DNA of 64,000 nt from Minisyncoccota bacterium (GTDB lineage: Bacteria > Patescibacteriota > Minisyncoccia > Phycocordibacterales > JACRKE01): assembly GCA_041660505.1 (NCBI GenBank), contig JBAZWG010000001.1, forward strand, positions 541,776 through 605,775. Reading direction: 5' to 3'. This document shows positions 1 through 7,380 of the stretch, one piece after another; position 1 is the first letter of the stretch, and each line of letters opens with the position of its first letter. Below the pieces are notes generated by a model. It saw nothing but the letters and a program-made list of their open reading frames with translations. It did not search any database and was not told where the DNA came from. Position numbers and translations under genes: made by a program.

Positions 1-533
1 CTCGGGCTCTGTTCCAACCCGGCAAAGAGTGCGAACGAGACTATGGCATTCTCGGCCGAAAGGATGCCAATCATCTGCGACAAAGCTCCTCTACGATTGA
101 CGATAAGCAAGAACGAACAGAATATTGCCGAGACTGCGATAATAAGCAAGGTGGTATCGACAGACGTGAACAAAGTAAGCGGCTGGCGCAAGAACGATTC
201 GGTGAAGGCAACAAGCGCGGCAATACAAAAGAGAGTGAGGGGAGTATTGAGGTATGTTGTCGCAGAGAATACCAATTGATGGCGTTTAATTAGATTAAAG
301 AAGAATGTCGGCGCAATGAAAAGTTTAATAACAATTGTTGATATCAAGGCAAGTGCCAAAAGAAGAGACAGCTCCGTGATAGATGACATTATAAGGAGGA
401 ACACCACTACTGCCGACTGCAAGACATAGAGCCAGACTACGGTCGAGTTCTTCTTCACCAAATGCATGAGGACTATAGAGACAAAGACTATCGCAATGGC
501 GGTAAACACAAATTGGGGAGAGAGTAGATCCAT
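1..533 (-). CDS. Partial (3' end off-window) small polytopic membrane subunit of a hydrogenase-4/Ehr-like complex, HyfE/NuoK-like
   Basis: Minus-strand ORF with ATG at 533..531 that runs off the window start. Translation MDLLSPQFVFTAIAIVFVSIVLMHLVKK... is all hydrophobic helices. It sits immediately downstream of the HycD-like gene. It is absent from the ORF track because the window edge truncates it. Confidence 0.45.
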   Translation of the reverse strand, partial: MDLLSPQFVFTAIAIVFVSIVLMHLVKKNSTVVWLYVLQSAVVVFLLIMSSITELSLLLALALISTIVIKLFIAPTFFFNLIKRHQLVFSATTYLNTPLTLFCIAALVAFTESFLRQPLTLFTSVDTTLLIIAVSAIFCSFLLIVNRRGALSQMIGILSAENAIVSFALFAGLEQSP

Positions 534-535
534 GT

Positions 536-1483
536 TTAGATTATAAGCGCAATCGCGATGATGTTGATAATGAATGAGGTGAACAAGAGGTCAGGCAGGC
601 GGAAGATACGGTACTTCGCCATTGTCGATTCGATAAAGGCGATACCGAAGCAGAAGGCGAGAACCTTAAGGATAAAGATTACTAGGGCCGGTATTACAGA
701 AAAGAGCGAGAGCGATGCGCTGATGCCCATCGGGAAGAAGAGGTTGGCACCAAGCGCGATGAAGATCAGATATTTGCCCCAGGCCGCCCACTCGATCAAG
801 GCCAGGCGCTTGCCGGAGTATTCCAGTATCATCGCCTCGTGGATCATAGTGAGTTCCAGGTGAGTCGCAGGATTGTCGAAGGGGAAGCGCTTGGTCTCGG
901 CCAAGAGCGAAATAATAAAGCTCATGAAGGCGAGAAGGAGCGGGGTCGAATGTAAGAACGGCAGTGCCGCTATGCGCGCCGAGATGCCGAAAAGGTTGGA
1001 GGTGCCGGCGATGAGAGCGAGCGAAAGTAACGAGAGGATGAGCCCGCCCTCCGTGAGTGATGCCACCATCATCTCGCGAGAAGAGCCGAAGCCGCCGAAG
1101 CCGGCGCCCGTGTCGATACCGGCCAAGGCCAAGAAGAACGTTGCCAAGGCAAGCAGATAAATAATAAGCAAGAAGTCGCTCGTCAGTATATTGGGGAAGG
1201 CGCTTGAGACGAGCGGGATGCCGGCGCCGATAACTATCATTACCGCAAATATAATATAAGGCGCCACTAGGAATATCCACGAGGCATCGTGGCTCACAAC
1301 TTCGTCTTTATGAAAGAGTTTCCACAGATCACGATAGGGCTGGAAGATAGAAGCACCTTCACGATTCTGGAAGAGGGCCTTAAATTTGCGAGTCATGCCG
1401 ATGACGAACGGTGCCATGACCGGTATGAGCAGGAGTTGCAGTATCCAAAAAATCAAGATATTTATATTGAAAGATAAAGTCAT
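536..1483 (-). CDS. HycD/NuoH-like membrane subunit of a group-4 hydrogenase-like (Ehr/Hyf-type) complex
   Basis: 315 aa polytopic membrane protein. Resembles respiratory complex I subunit 1 / formate hydrogenlyase subunit 4 in hydrophobic helix pattern and conserved charged residues. Lies in an operon with NuoL-like and NuoB-like genes. Confidence 0.7.
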   Translation of the reverse strand: MTLSFNINILIFWILQLLLIPVMAPFVIGMTRKFKALFQNREGASIFQPYRDLWKLFHKDEVVSHDASWIFLVAPYIIFAVMIVIGAGIPLVSSAFPNILTSDFLLIIYLLALATFFLALAGIDTGAGFGGFGSSREMMVASLTEGGLILSLLSLALIAGTSNLFGISARIAALPFLHSTPLLLAFMSFIISLLAETKRFPFDNPATHLELTMIHEAMILEYSGKRLALIEWAAWGKYLIFIALGANLFFPMGISASLSLFSVIPALVIFILKVLAFCFGIAFIESTMAKYRIFRLPDLLFTSFIINIIAIALII

Positions 1484-1489
1484 GATATT

Positions 1490-3538
1490 TTAATGCGCAA
1501 GAATTACGAGCAGTGCTATTAGTGTTATCAGCATGTAAACAATATAGAGGTTGGTGTTGCCGGACTGAATGCGCTTGAACTGGTTGGAAAGTCTCGTGAT
1601 AAAAGATTGAACTGGCGCGTAGAAGTTGTCGAGATAAATATCTTTGAGCTCGAGATGAACGACGCTTTTCTTCGGGAAGTAGCGGAGCTCCGCATCGTGA
1701 TACTCGATGTGTGTCTGGCGTGTCGGGCGGAGCAGACCTTTAAAGATAACGATGAGCGAGCGTGAGAATCCGGTCGCGGTTATCTCCATGCGAGGCAAGA
1801 GTTCCGTCCCGCAGTCCCAAGTGCGATCGCGTCTTAACTTTCGATTTTTTGTTACTAACCCGACAATGATTCCGATGAGTGCGAGCGCAATTACCAGCCC
1901 GACGAAGAGAAGCCCTAGCGACATATTGGCAAAGTTATTGGAAAGATGAACGGCGCTCACGCTAGGCAGAACATTTAGTGTTTCTGCCGACATACCCATG
2001 TTCTGGAGCGCTTGTGCCAAGACAGTAAGGATACCGGTTACCTTGCCGGCAAATACACCGAAGATGAGCGTAAGGGTGGCGAGGAAATACATTCCGACAA
2101 GAAGCGGAGCGGAAGATTCATGAGCATGCTTGGCCTCATCACTGCGAGGGCGAGCGAGGAAGGTGATGCCGAAGGCTTTGACGAAGCAAGCGGCGGCGAG
2201 ACCGGAGGTGAAGGCCAAAGCGCCGATAGCGAGCACGAATATCATTCCCATTGTCGAGCCGAGCGAAGACACTGCGCTGAACATCGCTTGGAAGGTGAGC
2301 CATTCGGAGGCGAAGCCGTTAAGAGGAGGCAAGGCGCTAATGGCCATTGCGCCAATGAGGAAGAGGAAGGCCGTCTGGGGCATATATCGGATGAGCCCGC
2401 CGTACTTCTCGATATTGCGCGTATGTGTTGCGTGGATGACTGAGCCGGCGCCGAGGAAGAGCAGGCCCTTGAACACCGCATGGTTCATAGTGTGGAAGAG
2501 GGCGGCGATGAGGCCGATAAGAGCCAGCGCCTTCATTCCGAAAGAGAGGAATACAAGCGAACTGCCGAGGCCGAGCATGATGATGCCGATGTTCTCGATA
2601 GAGTGATAGGCGAGCAAGCGCTTAAGATCATGTTCGGACAATGCATACAAAACGCCAAGCAAGGCCGAGATCGCACCGAGTATAAGAATCGTGACACCCC
2701 ACCAGACTTGCGCCGGGCCGAGCAAGTCGAAGAAGATGCGGATGAACATATAGATACCGGTCTTAATCATGACGCCGGACATGAGGGCCGAGACGTGCGA
2801 GGGTGCGGCCGGGTGCGCTGAAGGGAGCCAGATATGGAAGGGGATGATACCGGCTTTGGTGCCGAAGCCGATGAGGGCGAGGACGAATATCATATTCTGG
2901 ATCCAGAGCGGTGCCGTCATGAGCGAGAGTTTGATAGTTCCGAAATCCAACGAACCGGTTACCTTGAACATAAGGAGAAAGGCGAGCGTGATGAACGCGG
3001 TGCCCACGTGCGTCATGACGAAGTAGAGCGTACCGGCCTTGATGTTAGCCTGCTCATGGCGCTCGTAAATTACGAGGAAGTATGAGGCGACCGACATTAC
3101 TTCCCAAGCGATAAGGAAGAAAAGAATGTTAGATGATGTAACAACTAAGAGCATTCCGAGTATAAAGCTATTGTAGAAAAAACCGAGCGTCCCCAGATTA
3201 TATTTGCCGATATATTGCTTGGCATACCCATAGCCGTAGACAGATGCGGCGAGCGCAATGAGCGAAATGACGAAGACGAAAAACACCGATAAATGGTCGA
3301 GCGTAAAGGAGAATGTAAGTGCGGGAAAGGTTGAATATCCGGCGAACGAGAAGCCAATGCCTTGCATAAGTAATGAGAGCGAGAAGACAAGAGTCGATAG
3401 TGAGCCGACGATAGAAAATATCGATGACCAAGCATGTGCCGCCTCGTCGTCGTAGCGGAAGATAAGAGAGCCGATAGCGCCGATAGTAAAAAGGCCGAGA
3501 ATAGTGGGGAAGAGTTGTTGGAGGTAAACGGCGGACAT
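1490..3538 (-). CDS. HyfB/HycC/NuoL-like antiporter-type membrane subunit (Mrp/complex I family)
   Basis: 682 aa, about 16 TM helices. Central region ...WLPSAHPAAPSHVSALMSGVMIKTGIY... is typical of the NuoL/MnhA/HyfB proton-pumping family. Start is 3 bp from the stop of the NuoB-like gene. Confidence 0.8.
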   Translation of the reverse strand: MSAVYLQQLFPTILGLFTIGAIGSLIFRYDDEAAHAWSSIFSIVGSLSTLVFSLSLLMQGIGFSFAGYSTFPALTFSFTLDHLSVFFVFVISLIALAASVYGYGYAKQYIGKYNLGTLGFFYNSFILGMLLVVTSSNILFFLIAWEVMSVASYFLVIYERHEQANIKAGTLYFVMTHVGTAFITLAFLLMFKVTGSLDFGTIKLSLMTAPLWIQNMIFVLALIGFGTKAGIIPFHIWLPSAHPAAPSHVSALMSGVMIKTGIYMFIRIFFDLLGPAQVWWGVTILILGAISALLGVLYALSEHDLKRLLAYHSIENIGIIMLGLGSSLVFLSFGMKALALIGLIAALFHTMNHAVFKGLLFLGAGSVIHATHTRNIEKYGGLIRYMPQTAFLFLIGAMAISALPPLNGFASEWLTFQAMFSAVSSLGSTMGMIFVLAIGALAFTSGLAAACFVKAFGITFLARPRSDEAKHAHESSAPLLVGMYFLATLTLIFGVFAGKVTGILTVLAQALQNMGMSAETLNVLPSVSAVHLSNNFANMSLGLLFVGLVIALALIGIIVGLVTKNRKLRRDRTWDCGTELLPRMEITATGFSRSLIVIFKGLLRPTRQTHIEYHDAELRYFPKKSVVHLELKDIYLDNFYAPVQSFITRLSNQFKRIQSGNTNLYIVYMLITLIALLVILAH

Positions 3539-3540
3539 AA

Positions 3541-4101
3541 TTATTTTGACTTAGAAGGTTCAACTTTAGGCACCTTAAAGGTTGAACCTTCTAAGTCGCC
3601 CAAAATTTGAAGCAGTGCCGTCATGATAGTCATGGGTGATGGCGGGTCGCCCGGGATTTCATAATCTACCGGTATGGCACCGCGCGCACCGTCGAGTACG
3701 GCGTAGGAGCCTTTGAATATTCCGCCATTAATAGCGTCATCGCCGACCGCGACAACAATCTTCGGAGTCGGTGTTGCTTCATAAGAATGCATAAGCCCGT
3801 CATACATATTGCGAGAGACCGGGCCTGTCACCATCAGCATATCGGCATGGCGCGGGGAGGCGACGAAGTGAATGCCGAAACGTTCAACGTCATAATAAGG
3901 ATTGCCCAGAGCCACGAGCTCCTGCTCCTCTGCGTTGGTCCCGCCGGCGGTCACGACGCGGATGGCCAAGGAGCCATTAAAGATTTTTTTGACCTTAGCG
4001 CTTAGTTCCGCGCCGGCAGTGTGATATTCAGGAGGTAAGCCCATATCAACCGATTCTATCAGTCTGGGGGTTTTTATGATTTTGGAAATTAAATTAAGCA
4101 T
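3541..4101 (-). CDS. NuoB-like hydrogenase small-subunit homologue lacking all Fe-S ligating cysteines (Ehr-type)
   Basis: 186 aa with NuoB/Oxidored_q6-like spacing (..RHADMLMVTGPVS.., ..AVGDDAINGG.., ..IPGDPPSP..). The protein contains zero Cys. The canonical CCxxE, GxCxxxGG and GCPP positions read GG, D and D. The last ~18 codons overlap a palindromic repeat (copy A1). Confidence 0.7.
   Translation of the reverse strand: MLNLISKIIKTPRLIESVDMGLPPEYHTAGAELSAKVKKIFNGSLAIRVVTAGGTNAEEQELVALGNPYYDVERFGIHFVASPRHADMLMVTGPVSRNMYDGLMHSYEATPTPKIVVAVGDDAINGGIFKGSYAVLDGARGAIPVDYEIPGDPPSPMTIMTALLQILGDLEGSTFKVPKVEPSKSK
3548..3597. repeat. REPIN-like palindromic doublet, family A copy A1 (inside 3' coding end of NuoB-like gene)
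   Basis: gacttagaaggttcaac / 16-nt loop / gttgaaccttctaagtc forms a perfect 17-bp inverted repeat built on the AAGGTTCAACCTT / AAGGTTGAACCTT motif. Confidence 0.75.
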
Positions 4102-4290
4102 GACTACAACAAAGCGTTATCCTACCCCAAACCTATATTTTTTTCAATAGTCTGGTATAATCGTAAACGTGAAATATGCATGGTTAATTCTGGTTATAAT
4201 TGTGGCGCTATTCGCTTTCGGCTTCTGGGTCGCGAGTAAAAGCGGCAGCCGCTTGGCGCCAGACCCGATAAATAACATTGCTGTTATCGG

Positions 4291-4319
4291 TTGACATTCT
4301 GGCCACATCGCGGTACTAT
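4291..4319 (+). promoter_or_regulatory. Sigma-70-like promoter candidate upstream of secE (TTGACA-17nt-TACTAT)
   Basis: TTGACA at 4291..4296, then a 17-nt spacer, then TACTAT at 4314..4319. Confidence 0.4.
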
Positions 4320-4333
4320 ACGGGTACTAAATG

Positions 4334-4352
4334 CCCCGCGGGGCTTTTTTAA
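4334..4352 (+). terminator. GC hairpin CCCCGCGGGG followed by T-run, between the promoter candidate and secE (terminator or leader attenuator)
   Basis: Perfect 10-nt palindrome ccccgcgggg at 4334..4343 followed by cttttttaaaa. It lies about 25 nt upstream of the secE ATG. Confidence 0.35.
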
Positions 4353-4378
4353 AATAAACTATAATTTAGACTATATTT

Positions 4379-4567
4379 ATGAGTAAAGCAGGAGATTATC
4401 TTAAGGACACAGCCGCCGAGATGAAGCATGTGAGCTGGCCGACCCAGTCGCAGTCGATTAACTACACGCTTCTCGTTATTGGCATTTCTGTTTTCGTCGC
4501 ACTCTTCCTCTACGCTTTCGACGAGGTCTTCGTTGTGCTCTTACAGAAATTTATTTTGAAGATCTAA
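4379..4567 (+). CDS. secE: Preprotein translocase subunit SecE
   Basis: 62 aa with a single C-terminal TM helix. Conserved position directly upstream of nusG. Confidence 0.85.
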   Translation: MSKAGDYLKDTAAEMKHVSWPTQSQSINYTLLVIGISVFVALFLYAFDEVFVVLLQKFILKI

Positions 4568-4571
4568 AACC

Positions 4572-5117
4572 ATGGCCAAACAAGAATTACAAGTTGGTCG
4601 CAATTGGTACGCTATCCATACCTACTCCGGGTATGAGAATGCCGTCGTGCGCAACTTGAAACAACGCATTGAGTCGCTCGGAATGGAGAATTTGATTTTC
4701 AACGTATTGGTTCCTAAAGAAAAGAAAGTAAAAGTTCGTGGCGGCAAGCGCGTGGAGTATGAAGACAAGATTTATCCCGGATACGTTTTAGTAGACATGA
4801 TCGTGACGGATGCGTCATGGTATGTAGTCCGCAATACGCCCCGCGTGACCGGCTTCGTCGGCTCGGGCGTCAATCCTATACCTTTGGACAAGAAAGAGGT
4901 TGATGAGCTCTTCCGCCGAATGGGCGAGACGTCTGTCAAACACTCCATCGAGCTCGATGTTGGTGAGACCGTGCGTATTAACGACGGACCGTTCAAAGAC
5001 TTCGAAGGCAAGGTGAGCGAGAAGGATGAGGCCAGGGGCAAGGTCAAGGTGCTCGTCTCGATGTTTGGTCGCGAGACACCCGTGGAGTTAGATTTTCTCC
5101 AAGTAGCGAAGATTTAA
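4572..5117 (+). CDS. nusG: Transcription termination/antitermination factor NusG
   Basis: 181 aa. N-terminal NGN domain (WYAIHTYSGYEN) and C-terminal KOW motif (GETVRINDGPFKDFEGKV). Confidence 0.9.
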   Translation: MAKQELQVGRNWYAIHTYSGYENAVVRNLKQRIESLGMENLIFNVLVPKEKKVKVRGGKRVEYEDKIYPGYVLVDMIVTDASWYVVRNTPRVTGFVGSGVNPIPLDKKEVDELFRRMGETSVKHSIELDVGETVRINDGPFKDFEGKVSEKDEARGKVKVLVSMFGRETPVELDFLQVAKI

Positions 5118-5213
5118 TTATTAACAGAATTTAAGAATTACAGAATTACAGAATAATAAAGCTTCTTTCTATAATTCCCAAATTCCTAAATTCTAAAATT
5201 CTGTTCAAATAAC

Positions 5214-5633
5214 ATGACAAAAGTAGTAAAAACAATTAAATTGCAAATCCCGGCCGGTAAGGCCACCCCGACGCCTCCGGTCGGTCCAGCGCTCGGCCAA
5301 GCCGGTGTTAACATCGGCGAGTTCATCACCAAGTTCAACGCCGCCACGGCCAAAATGGCGGGGGATATCATCCCTGTTATTATCTCGGTCAAGGATGACC
5401 GTTCCTTTAGTTTCGAGCTCAAGACTCCGCCGGCATCAAACCTCCTCCTCAAGGCCGCCGGTGCCGAGAAAGGCTCCGGTACGCCGAACACAAAGAAAGT
5501 CGGCAAGATAACGAAAGCCCAGCTCAAAGAAATTGCTGAGAAGAAGATGCCAGACTTGAATGCAAAAGACTTGGAAGGCGCCATGAACATCATTGCCGGC
5601 ACCGCCCGCAACATGGGAATTGATATCGTATAA
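5214..5633 (+). CDS. rplK: 50S ribosomal protein L11
   Basis: 139 aa. Motif [27 protein letters not shown] is diagnostic of L11. Confidence 0.95.
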   Translation: MTKVVKTIKLQIPAGKATPTPPVGPALGQAGVNIGEFITKFNAATAKMAGDIIPVIISVKDDRSFSFELKTPPASNLLLKAAGAEKGSGTPNTKKVGKITKAQLKEIAEKKMPDLNAKDLEGAMNIIAGTARNMGIDIV

Positions 5634-5677
5634 GGTTTCAAAGGTTCAACCTTATGCATCCAAAAGGTTGAACCTTA
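5632..5677. repeat. REPIN-like palindromic doublet, family A copy A2
   Basis: aaggttcaacctt (5641..5653), 10-nt loop, aaggttgaacctt (5664..5676). The two halves are reverse complements of each other. Confidence 0.75.
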
Positions 5678-5689
5678 AAAAACAAAATT

Positions 5690-6292
5690 ATGTTTCTTTC
5701 AGATCGAGATATTAAAGCCGCAGTGAAGTCTGGCGCTATTCGTATCGATGATTTCGATCCAGAGCGGCTCCAGCCGGTCTCCTACGATATTCTCCTTGGC
5801 AACAAGTTCATCACCACCGAGTCGCAGGACACACCTTTTATCGACCCGGTAAAAAAGATTTTCCCCAGTACGCGCGAGATTACGATTGAGGACAACGAGA
5901 GTTATGTGCTCCATCCTGGCGTGAGTATCCTCGGTACTTCATTCGATTACTTCGGCTCGAAGGAATATCTCATTCAGCTCTCGGGCAAGAGTTCGCTCGC
6001 GCGCATTGGGCTCATTGTCCACAACACCGCGGGCATCATCAACCCGGGCCATTTCTTGCATATTACGCTCGAGTTATGCAATTTGAATGTCGTGCCAATC
6101 GTTCTCCGCCCCAAGATGCATATCGCGCAGTTACTATTCTCGAAAATTTCCAATCCTGTCATTCATGACTACAGCAAGACCGGCCGATACTTCGAGAAGA
6201 ATTGGCAAGGCATCACCCACGCCAAGAACCGGCGCGTGACCGATAAAAAAGTTAATAAAAAGAAGCATGTCAAATTTTCAGATGAAGGTTAA
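5690..6292 (+). CDS. dcd: dCTP deaminase
   Basis: 200 aa. MFLSDRDIK... N-terminus and the SSLARIGLIVHNTAGIINPGH region match the Dcd/dUTPase-like trimeric fold. Overlaps dut by 26 bp. Confidence 0.75.
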   Translation: MFLSDRDIKAAVKSGAIRIDDFDPERLQPVSYDILLGNKFITTESQDTPFIDPVKKIFPSTREITIEDNESYVLHPGVSILGTSFDYFGSKEYLIQLSGKSSLARIGLIVHNTAGIINPGHFLHITLELCNLNVVPIVLRPKMHIAQLLFSKISNPVIHDYSKTGRYFEKNWQGITHAKNRRVTDKKVNKKKHVKFSDEG

Positions 6293-6698
6293 GAGGCTCA
6301 ATCCTAAGGCGATACTGCCGGATTATAAGCACGATGGGGATGCCGGTCTCAATCTATATTCGATCGTTCGGGCCAAACTCGAGCCCGGTGCGCGCGCAAC
6401 AGTCCCGACAGGTATCGCAACAGAAATACCGGCAGGACATGTGGGCCTGATTTGGGACAGAAGCGGTCTGTCGCACAAATCGGGGCTTAAGGTTATGGGC
6501 GGGGTGATTGATGCGGGATACCGCGGTGAAATCGGCGTAGGGCTGGTAAACACTTCTCATGAAGCTTATACAATCGAAGCGGGAGACAAGATAGCTCAGA
6601 TGCTTATTCAAGAAGTCGAGCACGTTCTTATTTCAGAAGTCGCAGAACTTTCCGACACGTCTCGCGGTTCAGCCGGCTTCGGCAGTACGGGGCGCTGA
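6267..6698 (+). CDS. dut: dUTP diphosphatase (dUTPase)
   Basis: 143 aa. dUTPase motifs GLIWDRSGL, GVIDAGYRGE, and the C-terminal SRGSAGFGSTG. Confidence 0.9.
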   Translation: MSNFQMKVKRLNPKAILPDYKHDGDAGLNLYSIVRAKLEPGARATVPTGIATEIPAGHVGLIWDRSGLSHKSGLKVMGGVIDAGYRGEIGVGLVNTSHEAYTIEAGDKIAQMLIQEVEHVLISEVAELSDTSRGSAGFGSTGR

Positions 6699-6722
6699 AG
6701 AAATAGTCCAGTGCAATTCAAT

Positions 6723-6760
6723 TATTCCAAAACTCTGCTATCGCGTGATTCTGGAATAGA
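6723..6760. repeat. 36-nt repeat copy a flanking the PaaX-like regulator gene
   Basis: ttattccaaaactctgctatcgcgtgattctggaata. A second copy lies at 7342..7380. Confidence 0.6.
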
Positions 6761-6778
6761 AAAGATAATTCAAGTTTT

Positions 6779-7339
6779 TTATTTCAAACCGAATTTTTCT
6801 TTGAGCTTATTGTCTGGTTGAATGCGGGATTCGAGCAGATAGACATATTCAGAAATTTCGTGGTAGTTCAGAACGAAGTTCACCTCTTCTTCGCAGGGGT
6901 AGGGGAATACAAAAACGCTTTTCTGGAATTCTTTGAAACCGAGTTTTTTGAGTTTGGTACGCAAGGCATCTCGTGCCGGTTTGAGCGGCTCGGGAATGTC
7001 GAAGAGAACCATGCGCCATTTTTTGTCCCACTTCTTTTCTTGATTCAAGGTTAGCGCGTTGTACATTCGTTTCAGGCGATAACTGGCACCATCGCGCGTC
7101 ATCGCCATTTTATATGAATCCTTACCCTTCACAACTTCGACGTAGCCGCGTAGTTTCAGTTTGTCTAATGTCGCAAACAGCACCTTGCGGTTCATTTCGA
7201 ACCAAACTTTGTCACAATGCTCATGAATTGCGCGTCGCCGAGTTTTCCCGCGTGTGAAAATAAGAACAGTCTGCGAGGCCAGAAGATCAAGAATCTGCGT
7301 CGCGAGGATTTCTCGTTTTGTCATATCGTAATAATACAC
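6779..7339 (-). CDS. PaaX-family-like transcriptional regulator (N-terminal wHTH, C-terminal PaaX_C/Cas2-like domain)
   Basis: 186 aa. C-terminal block WDKKWRMVLFDIPEPLKPARDALRTKLKKLGFKEFQKSVFVFPYP matches the PaaX C-terminal signature. Sits inside the thyA-tmk cluster. Confidence 0.5.
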   Translation of the reverse strand: MYYYDMTKREILATQILDLLASQTVLIFTRGKTRRRAIHEHCDKVWFEMNRKVLFATLDKLKLRGYVEVVKGKDSYKMAMTRDGASYRLKRMYNALTLNQEKKWDKKWRMVLFDIPEPLKPARDALRTKLKKLGFKEFQKSVFVFPYPCEEEVNFVLNYHEISEYVYLLESRIQPDNKLKEKFGLK

Positions 7340-7341
7340 TA

Positions 7342-7380
7342 TTCCAAAACTCCGCGATAGCGTGATTTTGGGATAATCGC
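7342..7380. repeat. 36-nt repeat copy b flanking the PaaX-like regulator gene
   Basis: ctattccaaaactccgcgatagcgtgattttgggata. Flanks are direct relative to copy a. The central 9-mer (cgcgatagc) is the reverse complement of the 9-mer in copy a (gctatcgcg). Confidence 0.6.

Noticed and set aside
43-279. 78-aa plus-strand ORF at the window start
   Set aside because: It lies antisense within the edge-truncated HyfE-like membrane-protein gene and has no support.
558-1280. Overlapping ORFs (558..863 +, 666..1280 -, 873..1160 +) within the HycD-like gene
   Set aside because: They are embedded in or antisense to a clearly homologous membrane-protein gene. Their Arg/Pro-rich low-complexity translations are typical of GC-rich alternative frames.
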